Shown in pieces: positions 24,892 through 35,978 of a stretch of 64,000 nt of DNA. The notes under the pieces were generated by a model. It saw only the letters and a list, made by a program, of their open reading frames with translations. It did not search any database and was not told the DNA's origin. Source of the stretch: Gekko japonicus (Eukaryota). The stretch covers positions 197,858-261,857 of the forward strand of contig NW_015169789.1 in NCBI RefSeq assembly GCF_001447785.1. Reading direction: 5' to 3'. Made by a program: the position numbers and the translations under genes. Position 1 is the first letter of the stretch, and each line of letters opens with the position of its first letter.

Positions 24892-26869
24892 CCCAGCCCC
24901 CAACTGGTGCGTCTCACTCTGGCTTCAGACCATGTGCGATACAGGGTCCTGCTCTCCGTGGGAAGTCCTGATCCATTATCTTTCCCCATTCAGATTTGCG
25001 AGTTGAACACTGGAGCAGCTTGCTTCCCTCCTCTCTNNNNNNNNNNNNNNNNNNNNNNNNNNNNNNNNNNNNNTTGCGAAGGAGTGAAGGGTTGAATACC
25101 AGAGGTGCAGCACCATCTTTCACTGTTCAGGGTGGTGGTTCTCTCTTTTGAATTCTCACAGGATATACATTTTATCTGTGACATTCATCTGTTGTACATT
25201 TGCCCACATATGTCTCAAACAAAATTATCCTCCCCTCCAAATCTTGCCTGACAAGACCAGATTCCAGAGGCAGAAATATATATTTAGCACCTACTTTGAT
25301 AAAGCAGTATATACTTACATTTTCATGGATTTCTCTGTAGGTGCATGACCACCCAGTGTGTTGGAGTGGGCAGGTGGGCAAAGGGATTGATGTCATGAGC
25401 ATGGACAATTCACTATTTTCTATAGGATTAGTGGATTATAAACCATTAATTATTGTGGGTAGAATCAGAAGGCTTCCTGTACTGACTAAATAGTAAATTA
25501 TCCTCCTGCTCCTGTATCTGGAAATCCTAACAATAGAACATCAGTTCAGGATCTCATCATCCTCCCACGTAGTCCTCACACTCCATCAGAAAGCAGGTGG
25601 GGTGTGTGCAGATTGCAATGGACAATCATGCAACTGTTTGACAGGAGAGAAATTTGCAATGATCATTTTGAAAACATTACTTGTGCAATAGCCCAGCAAG
25701 GTGAAAGTAGGGATTGCAGCCTGGAGGCAGCCCTTTGATGGGGATGCTCTTGCACTTTAAGATGAAATTACCCTAAAAAGTGGGTGGCTGTGGAGAATGG
25801 CACTGCTACGGAGAAAGTTAAAGCCAATGCCGAGAAGGGCAAGTACGCATTCACTCATAGCACTCACTGCACAAAACACAGTGCATCTGTCAATACTTGA
25901 AGTCATCATGTGGGAAAAGGTCAGGAGACAATGAAAGGACATTCTCCTTACTCTTATTTTTTAAAATGGATACTAGAGTGATATGGAGGCAACTTTCTGA
26001 AAATACTGAGGGAGTTGATGTGCAGCCAGGACATTCCTCATCAAATCTTTCTAGTGCCCTTGAAAAGCTCCCAAACCTGCGCAAGCCATCTTATCACAGT
26101 GCCCAATGACCCAGTCATCAAGCTCAGGAAACCAGAGGAAATCTTTCTCACCCATAATATAAACCCCTGCAATGAAAGCGTGCGTATGCCCAGAAGAGTA
26201 TATTTGTCATGTGTGTTTATTTCCAGAAGTTATGTATTTGAAGAGATGTTAGCAGGAGGTGCTGAACTCCAATCAGTGTCCCTCCCTCTCAGCCAGTGGG
26301 TCGCATTTCAAATCTCAGAGCCTGCCTGGGAGAAAAATGGCACTCTGTAGCAGGCAGTAGGATTAGCAGTAAAGGGGAGTAGCAGGCAGAGGATTAGCAG
26401 TTAGCACTCCCCATCCTGTACTAGAAATTGCCCCTCACCCCCACAGCTTTATTGCTATTTGATTGGCAGTCAGTGTTCAAAGACACAGTCTGCTACCTTT
26501 CCACCTGGCTCCACCCTTTGTGTTTTCAGCCTGGCCCCTTTAGAATTAAGCCACTGATGAGAATCTCAGTGTCAAATGTGCTATGTGAAACAGCCCTGCA
26601 GTATGGAGCAGTGTTTTTTTCTCTCTGGCACCCTGCTGGCACAACCAACAGGAAAGTCCCCTTCTTTCATACAATCATGCCATTAGGCCCATTGCACTAT
26701 CAAGATGAGTATACTTCCCTCACATGGAAGCTGGTGGCAGTCACACAGCCTGCTTGTTTGTTACTGTTGTTACAAGGATCCCAGGAACTGTGTTGGGGTG
26801 CATATATCATTACCAAGGGAAGGGAATGGGGTAGAGGAAAACAAGATGAAGAGAAAAAGTCAAGCATGT

Positions 26870-28165
26870 CATTTAAAAAATAGTGCCCTTTATTATAAAT
26901 TAAATGAATGTTTTGTTTCAAAATCCCTTGAATATAAATATAAATAGATGTGCAAAGTTTTCTTCCGCATTTGATTTTTGGTTGAGTCTTCAAGCATGTC
27001 TAACAGCCTGCAAGGCTGAAGGGTGGAATCTTTATAAAAGACAGAATGATTTTAGGCAGGACTGTAAACATTTCTTTTCTGTAAAAACAAAACCTCATCT
27101 GCCCTTCTAAAACCCTGATGTGGAAAAAAATGAAAATGAACACACAAAATTTTGGTTACAGTTTTTTTAAAAAAACAAAAAAACTTATGCTAGAGTTCCA
27201 GGTAATTCTGTTGTTGCTACATTCCTGTATGTTTCAGTTATTCAGTGCAGTTAAGGGCCCAACAAATCCACAATCCTTGCTGTAGATGGGAGACCACTCT
27301 TTGAGGAACTGGAAACCCAAGAATGAAGGCAAGACATTATTGGTCTAGGTAGGAGAAGCTAAAGTGGAACAACGCTTTGGGGGAAGTGGCTAGATCATTT
27401 CTTATCCATTTGGATGTTTTCAAAGCAGTGATGCAGCTTCTCAGAAGCATGTCCTCCTTTGCTTACATAATGGCCCAGAGAGTGAATGGCATTGTCCCCA
27501 TGTGATGTGCAGTAAATCCAAGGAATAAGAGCAGGATGTGGATTCCACAGCTTAGTCCCTTGAATGAATGCATGCCAGCATCCTTTGAGGAACAGGCTTG
27601 GGGTGAAAAAAGATTCTGCCCCTCAAGGAGCATGAGAGAGGTAAAGTAAAAATTTTTATTTAAAAAAGATTTCCCCTTAAAACTGAGGAAAATCAGTCTT
27701 CAGGCACTAGCTGGATTCCAGTGCATTTATTCCATTGTCTACAGAATGGTTTTGGTCAGAGGTTAGAAGAGGCGGTGGTGGCAGGGCCAGTGCAGAGCGA
27801 AAAAAGTTCTGTTGGTTAGGGAGATGGCAAACCATTCTCTCATACCCAGCATAAGCCCTACGCAGACCAAAGTCTTTAGTGGGCTGCAGCAGGCAAGGGC
27901 AATTGTATCTTGGAGCAGCAGCCCATTCCATAGTCCAGCAGCAGCCATCTCTCCCAGAAAGCACCCCTTGGCAAACCCTCCCGTACTAACAACAGCAAGA
28001 CAGTCTTTGTGCTGGCCAGAGGCCCATCCCTTCTCTTATTCCACAAGCTAGAAGGTGGCTCCATGTTGCCCTGTATGTTCCTTGTTCATCCTGTCCTGCT
28101 TTTAAATTCACGTGTTCCTCTCTTTTTTTGTGCTTGCATCATGTGCTCCCCCTTCAGGAAACCCT
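26870..28165 (-). promoter_or_regulatory. SOCS3: SOCS3 3'UTR with distal poly(A) signal, AU-rich elements and miRNA seed matches
   Basis: Minus-strand AATAAA 26889-26894 in context atttataataaagggcactatttttt; ATTTA pentamers 26896-26946; TTTGCACA (miR-19 8mer) 26949-26956; TGTTTACA (miR-30 8mer) 27063-27070. Confidence 0.8.
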
Positions 28166-28783
28166 CTAGAAGGGTGCGTCGTACTGGTCCAGGAATTCTT
28201 TGATGGGAGCTGGGAGCTGGGTCATCTTCTCATAGGAGTTCAAGTGCCCATTGACCGTCTTGCGGCACAAGTGCTGCAGCGTGGACACATTGGAGGAGAG
28301 TGGCCGGCTCAGCACCAGGGGGATCTTCTCTCCACCTGAGTAGATGTAGTAGGCACGTTTGGGGTGTGAGGCCTCGCCAGGCTGCTGCTCCGGGAGGGGC
28401 ATGTAGTGATGGACCAGCTTGAGGACACAGTCGAAGCGAGGCACCGGCTGGCTGCTGTGGGGGTCGCTCTGGAGGGAGAACTTGCCCCCCTCGCACTGGA
28501 TCCGCAGGTTCTTGGTGCCGGACTCGGTCTTGACGCTGAGGGTGAAGAAGTGGCGCTGGTCGGAGCTGTCCCGGATGAGGAAGGTGCCGGTAGGCTCGGC
28601 GCTGAGCAGCAGGTTGGCTTGGCCGCCGGTCACGGCGCTCCAGTAGAAGCCGCTCTCCTGCAGCTTGCGCACGGCGTTCACCACCAGCTGGTACTCGCTC
28701 TTGGAGCTGAACGTCTTGAGGCGCAGGCTGGTGTCCAGCGGGTGGCTCATCCCGGCGCTGGGGAACTTGCTGTGGGTGACCAT
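28166..28783 (-). CDS. SOCS3: Suppressor of cytokine signaling 3 (205 aa, single coding exon)
   Basis: MVTHSKFPSAGMSHPLDTSLRLKTFSSKSEYQL (KIR/ESS); SH2 GFYWS...GTFLIRDSSDQRHFFTLSV; SOCS box VSTLQHLCRKTVNGHL...LPAPIKEFLDQYDAPF; ATG in gccATGg context. Confidence 0.99.
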   Translation of the reverse strand: MVTHSKFPSAGMSHPLDTSLRLKTFSSKSEYQLVVNAVRKLQESGFYWSAVTGGQANLLLSAEPTGTFLIRDSSDQRHFFTLSVKTESGTKNLRIQCEGGKFSLQSDPHSSQPVPRFDCVLKLVHHYMPLPEQQPGEASHPKRAYYIYSGGEKIPLVLSRPLSSNVSTLQHLCRKTVNGHLNSYEKMTQLPAPIKEFLDQYDAPF

Positions 28784-28799
28784 GGCGCAGGGAGCCAGC

Positions 28800-30150
28800 T
28801 TTCCGGGAGGTCGGGGCTGCTGCTGCCCAGTGCAGCGGCGGCTGGCGAGCGGACCTAAGAGGAAGCGCGGCAGGGGAGGAAAGGTGTGAGACAAAAGGCT
28901 GCTCCGTCCGTCCCCGCAGGGCCCGTCCCACGCCATCCGTCCGTCCTCCCCGGGCACACGGCAGGGAGGGAAAGTGGCTGCCGCCGGAAACCTCCCCCTG
29001 TGCGCTTGCCAGCCCTGAAGAGGTATTCCCCCGCTGGGTCCCGGACCCCGCGCCCTCGAGCCAGGCGCCCCCTCTGCCGAGTGTGAGTCCCGCGGGGAAC
29101 CCCCCCTCCGGCTGCCAGCCTTCCCCCCCTCTCGCCGCCTCGGGGCAAGAGGCGCCACGCGCTCGAGGCGGGCACGGCGCCTTCCCCCGGCGCACAGAAG
29201 CCCNNNNNNNNNNNNNNNNNNNNNNNNNNNNNNNNNNNNNNNNNNNNNNNNNNNNNNNNNNNNNNNNNNNNNNNNNNNNNNNNNNNNNNNNNNNNNNNNN
29301 NNNNNNNNNNNNNNNNNNNNNNNNNNNNNNNNNNNNNNNNNNNNNNNNNNNNNNNNNNNNNNNNNNNNNNNNNNNNNNNNNNNNNNNNNNNNNNNNNNNN
29401 NNNNNNNNNNNNNNNNNNNNNNNNNNNNNNNNNNNNNNNNNNNNNNNNNNNNNNNNNNNNNNNNNNNNNNNNNNNNNNNNNNNNNNNNNNNNAGGGGGGG
29501 GGGAGGAGGGGCGGGAGTCACGTCTCCCCTGGCCGGCGAGGGCCGCGGGGGCTCTGCTGGGCGAGGGGGCTTCTTGGGAAGGGAGGCGCGGAGCCTCCCT
29601 CGGGGCAGCCCGACTGGGGGAAGGGCGGGGGCTGGCAAGAGCGCCTCCTGGGCAGGCAGAAGCCCCGTTTCCAGGAACAGATGGGAAGGGGATCCAGGGA
29701 GACGACGGGGCACCCCCCCCTCCCCATGTGTCATCCTGAGATCCTTTCAGAGAGGAGGCGCCCCAGGGGAAAAGACAACTCAGCCTCAGTGGGGCGCCTG
29801 TGAAGGGTAAAGGAGGGGAGGCTTTGCTGCCGAACACTAATTGCAACACATACCTCTCCCCCCCCCCCCCCCCCCGCGGGGGGGGACCCCCCGGCGGCTT
29901 TACGCCCNNNNNNNNNNNNNNNNNNNNNNNNNNNNNNNNNNNNNNNNNNNNNNNNNNNNNNNNNNNNNNNNNNNNNNNNNNNNNNNNNNNNNNNNNNNNN
30001 NNNNNCCAGTTCTTGTAGCCCCCCCCCCCCCCCTCCCGCAATAGTTCCTCTTTTCGTATTTTCCTGAGTGCAGGTAAAACAGAAGATCGAGGAGGGCAGA
30101 TAAGGCGCTAGAGGGCGTCCTTCTTGCCCGGGCTGGGATGTTGCAGGGAC
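28800..30150 (-). promoter_or_regulatory. SOCS3: SOCS3 CpG island / promoter region (partly in gaps)
   Basis: Very GC- and CpG-rich; TTCCAGGAA 29669-29677; TTCTTGGGAA 29571-29580; GC boxes; minus-strand CTACAAGAA 30010-30018 at the edge of a gap. Confidence 0.8.
28855..29853 (-). other. SOCS3: Predicted SOCS3 5'UTR intron (spans a gap)
   Basis: Acceptor cacctttcctcccctgccgcgcttcctcttAG|G at 28855/28854 (strong); candidate donor AG|GTATGT at 29853 (less certain). Confidence 0.55.
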
Positions 30151-30651
30151 GTTTTACTGGCCCACCTAATACAAAGGAAGGGCCAGTCAGGTCACTACCC
30201 TGACACAATTTGCAACAGGAAGACCGAACCTGGGAGTTTTCTGGCATCAATTCAGTCCCATTTGGTTGGAGGACTGCCAGCCAAATTTCCGTTTGAGAAG
30301 TTTGTGTTCTGCAAATCAGTCTTCTCCAGGAAGCCAAGGGCTGGGAGGTGGAACTTGTGTTCTCCCTGTAGGCACTTGGATTCCTTGTGATGCAAGGAAT
30401 CTTGTATGTCTGTGGACCTTGACAATATAAACTATCTGTTTGCGTGGCTAAAATTCAGAGTAGCTATAGCTAGCATTCTGTGTATTACATTTGAAGCTGC
30501 TGGTGTACCAAAACCCAATTTCTATGACAAATGGGGATTTTTTTTAAAAAAATAGCCATTTGGTGCCTCTTGGGATGGAAATGGTAGGGACTGCAAGAAG
30601 CTGAAGTGCCAATATAATCCTGTTAACATGATAAGTATCTTGTGCCATATT

Positions 30652-30856
30652 CAGTGTTCCTCTAAGCTGAGTTGGTGTGAGCTAGCTCACAGTTTTTTAG
30701 CCTCTGGCTCACACATTTTTGTCTTGGTTCAGCAAGGACGGCTCCAGAGCAAACTGATTTATGCAATAGGCAAATCGCTCGCTCACAACTTTAATGCCCA
30801 TAGCTCACAAGGTAGAATTTTTGCTCACAAGACTCCACAGCTTAGAGGGAACATTG
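30652..30856 (+). mobile_element. hAT MITE (CAGTGTTCC...TAAGCTG TIR)
   Basis: TIRs plus 8-bp TSD GCCATATT/GCCACATT. Confidence 0.9.
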
Positions 30857-30984
30857 GCCACATTCCTGTTCACTGTTGATTGGATTATGAACACCCCATT
30901 TCCTCAACAGCTCAGCTAGCTTTTCCTTCTTGATCCCCCTCACCCATGTTTTTGCAAAGGCATCTCAAATATATGTGCAGATTA

Positions 30985-31098
30985 ACGTTTGAGTCCAGTG
31001 GTTTATACCTTGAATAAAACTTCATTGGTCTTAAAGGTGCCACAGGATTCAAATTTTGTTCTGCTGTTTCAGACCAACAAGGCTACCCACTGGAATCT
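30985..31098 (+). mobile_element. Penelope-like pseudo-LTR fragment
   Basis: ttataccttgaataaaac...ggtcttaaaggtgccac shared with 44685-44745 and 51737-51807. Confidence 0.7.
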
Positions 31099-32224
31099 GT
31101 GCAGATTGTTTAGGAGGAAAGCTACATCATATTTATTTACTTAGACAACATATACATACTGCCTCTCCAGAGACCTTCTCTAGGTGGCTAGACCTGCTCT
31201 GCAAAGCATCCAGGGGAATCCTCTCTGGCTAGGTAGCTCCTTGGGCTGCTGTCACTCAAAAGACATTTCCTGAACATCCCACTGGAGAATGCTGGAAAAC
31301 ATTTTCAAGTGTTTGTTCTGGAAAAGGTGTCCCTCCCTCCATCTCAGCCCCCAGACTTAGCTTTTTGTAGTGTTTGGCAGGGCATCCTTGGGCTATGGAA
31401 AGGTTTGGGGCTTAATTATCCACAGAGCTCAAAAGACAAAAAAACAACAAAACCAACCCTCTTTTTTTAAGGGCTGCATTCCATGCTATCCTCGCTTGCC
31501 CTTCCCAGAAAAGCTGCAGGGAAGAGAGACAAACCCAGATGGAAACATTTGGGAACAAGAAGGGCAAGATGCTCTCCCCCTCTGTTGTCTTGGTTCAGTG
31601 CTTGAGGGCTCAGGGAAACAGGTCAGGTTACTGCATTAACCAATAACTGGACATGCTGCGGCAGCGATTCTTAAGGGAAGGAGTCGGTGTGGCAAGACAA
31701 GCTGGAGATATAGGAGACCTTCCCAGTAAATGATGGGCTCTATTTGGAGCTCAGCTGCTGAAGTCACTGCAGGGCAAAAGCAATGTGGTGTACAGGCTGG
31801 AGAGGCAGACAGGGCAAGGGCTGGTGAAAAGGCGAAGCCTTTTGTACAGCGGCCATGGAAGAAATTTTCCCCACTTTATGCAGCAATGGTGTTTGTTGCT
31901 GCAACACTGATTTTGATGTTTCCCATGAGAGGTGTGCCCCCTAAAGAGTTGGAAACAGGCTTCCCAAGCGTGGCTGCTGTGTGTTTAAGGAGACCCATCT
32001 ACCCTATGCACTGCATATAGGTACTGTGGAAAAGGCTGGTGTCAGGCTGCTTTCACACAGAGGCAGAGAAGGTGCTCCTGCTATGGCAGTGTTGGCCATG
32101 TTGCGGGAGCAGATGGGGACTACAGCAAGCATGATTGCTGTTTAAGACATGAAGGATCTGTTAGGTGGTCAGATGGCCAGTTCAGGCTGAGAACAGATAT
32201 ACATCATTTCAGAGTTAGGGTGTG

Positions 32225-32298
32225 TGTGTATGGGACTCAGTGGTCGAATACCTGCTTTGTATGTAGAGAGTCCCAGGTTCAACCGTTGGCATCTCCAG
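32225..32298 (+). mobile_element. tRNA-derived SINE head
   Basis: A-box-like ctcagtgg and B-box-like ggttcaacc in tRNA-like spacing. Confidence 0.55.
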
Positions 32299-33920
32299 CC
32301 TTTGCCTAGAGAGCCGTTGCCAATCATAGTAAGTATAGGATAGTCCGGAGATCTCAGGCAACTTCATGTGATGGGCACAAACCAAAAGCTGCACCAAGCC
32401 CACGGACAAAACAGAGCGGACAGCCTGCCTATCACCTCTCTTCCTACACTTCAAGTCATCTTTGACTTCACAGTCAGGTATGCGAGTTGATAGAGGAGCA
32501 AAGGTGGCATCCAAGCAGAACTTGCCCCATGGTAGCCCCTCATGCCTTTTTCTGTGCACACCTTTACACAGCATTAATAGCTCAATAAATATTCAGTTGT
32601 GACTTGATCTGGATGTCTGAGGCTCTGCTCCATTATCAGGAGTGGGATGTCCTTCAGGGGAGCACTGTGTGTTTTCTTTGAGCTCAAACTGCCTTCCATT
32701 CCCTAAATGTTTGCAAAGAGTGGCACAGGCACTGGAGAAGCAGAGTTGTAAAATTAATCACCAGAGATGTCACTGGAATTCCAATCAGTGGCTCTAACAC
32801 TCCACACAGGCACATCCATGGCTGCTGTAAGGGATGTGCCTGTGTGGAATGTTAGAGCCACTGATTGGAGTTCCAGTGCCTCCAGTGCCTGTGCCACTCT
32901 TTGCAAACATCTGTATATTTTAATTTCTTTTTGTCCTCACTCCTCAGTGGCTGTGTGTCCCCCCCATTGTGCAAAGCCTGTGCTGGAGCTCTCATTTGGC
33001 CTTTTTTTTTTAAAGAGATCTGAACAATGCTGTGGCTATCAGCACAGACAGTTTTCTTTTTAAACTCAGGAAGGGCCCATAATGTCCCTCTCTGTCCCTT
33101 CCTGTGCAAAGGTGCTGGAAGAAAGAAACAAGGACTCACACACTTGTCTCTCCACCCCTTTCAATATTCAGATCATGGCTGGCATATGAAACCACATTAG
33201 CCTGTGTTCAGCAACTGGTCTTGGCCTTGGCCAGGCATTTTCTCTCATTTTGGAATTTTTCAGCCAGAGACTCTACCGTAACTCACCTGGTGGCTTCTTG
33301 CTGGGATGCGTGTGGGGTGGGGGCAGCAGCAGATCTGTTAGGTTTGACCTTCAGAAGAGGCCTTGGCTAATTGCATGATTCTCTCACTGAGAGAATGAAG
33401 GAGGGAGAACCTTCCCTGCCCCAGAGCAGCTGCCACAGCCAGCTAGGAATAAACACCACCAAGCTGTTCTGGGAAGTGAAGCTGCAGCAGCAGTGCGACA
33501 GCTGCTCTGAAATGCAAACAACACAATACTGCACAAAGCCCTTTCCTGGAGTAGAAGCCTAGTGCAGGAAGATGTGAAAGTCAAGCCAGGTGCTGCAAAG
33601 GCTGAGCTCTGGTGGTTGATTTCTCACACATGCAGAACAGAACAGCTGGGGCCCAAGCCTAATGGGAAGCCTTGCCTCTCTTCACTGGAGAAGCAGGGGA
33701 GCAGACAGATAGCCAAGCTCCACGTAAGCACAGTGGCACTTTGGCATCCAGAAGAAGTTCTGGGTCTGAGCCCTGCAGAGTTCTCTTGAGAATTGAATTC
33801 ATTGCCTTTGTACCCCACAAAAGAGCTCCAGGCAGCTTCCATATACTTTATTTTTGTATTTTTATTTGTTTGATTATATACCGCCCTCCCCATGGACGGG
33901 CTCAGGGCAGTTCACAACAG

Positions 33921-35977
33921 GTGGTCCCAGGAGGTTTCCCATTCAGGCATCTTATTGGGTCACTTCATGTGGAAGCTCAGGAATTGGAAATTGGCTGTGA
34001 GGCTTTCGCGAGCTATTTCGCAGATAAAGTCCTGTCGCTCCGCCACGACCTCCCCACCACAGTTGAGACAGTAACAGAACTCAAGGCTCCATGCGCGTCT
34101 TCTGGTCAAGTTCTGGATTATTTCGGTCCGCTCAGCCTAGAGGTCGACAAAGTACTCTCATCGGTTCACCCAACCACCTGCAGCCTTGATCCATGCCCAA
34201 CATGGCTAATTAAAGCTGGCCGTGATGGGTTACGAGGGGCACAAGTCCCTCATAGAGGGGCTGTTCCCTAGTGCCCTAAAGGAGGCAGTGGTCCGCCCCC
34301 TTCTAAAAAAGCCAACATCGGATTCAGCTGAATTGGCTAATTACCGACCGGTATCCAATTTGCCCTATCTGGGCAAATTAATTGATAAGGCGGTGGCGAA
34401 CCAGCTGCAGGGTTTTTTGGATGACGCCTCCATATTAGACCCCTTCTAGTCCGGCTTCCGACTAGGCCACGGGACAGACACGGTCCTGGTCGCCCTCACA
34501 GACGATCTTCAGAGGCATCTGGATCGAGGTGGTGTGGCAATGTTGATGTTGTTAGACCTGTCAGCGGTGTTTGACATGGTCGACCACCAACTACTGACCT
34601 ACTGCCTCGCCGATACCGGGATTCAGGGGTTTGCCTTGCAGTGACTGTCCTCGTTTCTCCAGGGTCGGGGACAGAGGGTGGTGGTTGGGGAACAGCTCTC
34701 CAGAAGGCACCCGCTAGTTTGCGGAGTGCCCCAAGGAGCAGTGCTTTCCCCAATGCTGTTTAACATCTACATGCACCCCCTTGCCCATTGCCCGGAGACA
34801 TGGATTGGCCTGTCACCAATATGCTGATGACACCCAGCCCTATCTGTTGTTGGACAGCCAGTCAGACTCTAGTCTGAGAGATCTGGACCTGGCGTTGAAA
34901 GCTGTGGCTGGTTGGCTTAGACTGAGCCAAGTGAAATTGAATCCGATGAAGACAGAGGTCCTTTGCCTGAGTTGGAGTGGCCCAAGATTAGGGATCCCTC
35001 TCCTGACCTTTGATGGGGTGCCGTTGGTGCCAGTGCCAGAGGTTAGGAGCTTGGGGGTGCTCCTGGATACCTCCCTAATGATGGAGGCCCAGGTAGCAGC
35101 CACTGCGAAGTCTGCCTTTTACCATCTACAGCTAATTAAGCAGTTGGTTCCCTTCCTTGAATGCAATGACCTTGCAACAGTGATCCACGCAGTGGTCACT
35201 TCAAGATTGGATTACTGCAATGCTCTCTACATGGGGCTGCCCTTGTCCCAAATCCGGAAGCTGCAGCTGGAGCAGAATGCAGCGGCGAGGCTGTTGCTGT
35301 GTCCTTCCATGCGGGAACACATCCAGCTCATCCTAAAAGCACTGCACTGGCTGCCTATAGCATACCGGATACAGTGCAAGGTGCTGGTTTTAACCTTGAA
35401 AGCCCTATATGGTTGGGGACCTATCTACCTAAGGGACCTCCTTTCCCCATATGTGCCCCAGAGAGATCTGGATCCCAAAATCGCCTGGCCCTTCCGGGCC
35501 CAAAAAAGGCCATGTTGGCCACAACAAGGGCCAGGGCCTTTTCCGTAGCAGCCCCTCACTGGTGGAATGAGCTCCCGGATGACATAAGGGCCCTGCGGGA
35601 CCTTTTGCAGTTCTGCAGGGCCTATAAAACGGAGCTCTTCCACCAGGCTTTCAAGTAGGGTGCCACCTTGACATCATGGCCCTGGCCCAAATATCAATAC
35701 CACCACCAACCTGGTCTTAACATCAATACCACCAGCAGCCGGATGATAAACAGCCTAGCAGGAGCCTGGAGGCAGCCATTCAAATGATGAGTGTATGTCG
35801 CCATCTGTATTATAGCTATATGCAGTGTATTCATAGTTTATATTGTAATTTTAATGGAATGCTGGTTTTAGTATATATATTGGAGTTTTAATGCTTTTAT
35901 TTATATCTATGTAGTTAGCCGCCCTGAGCCTGCCGAAAGCGGGGAGGGCAGGATACAAATATAATAAATAAATAAAC
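33921..35977 (+). mobile_element. Decayed L2-clade LINE (RT to 3' tail)
   Basis: NYRPVSNLPYLGK, GVPQG, YADD, SRLDYCN and LHWLP motifs; (TAAA)n tail; an inverted L2 tail abuts it at 33847-33920. Confidence 0.92.
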
Positions 35978-35978
35978 A

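Noticed and set aside
28166-30041. 522-aa and 603-aa ORFs suggesting an N-terminally extended SOCS3 or an overlapping gene
   Set aside because: They read through N gaps and a GC-rich intron. A clear splice acceptor lies at 28855, and homology begins at the ATG at 28783.
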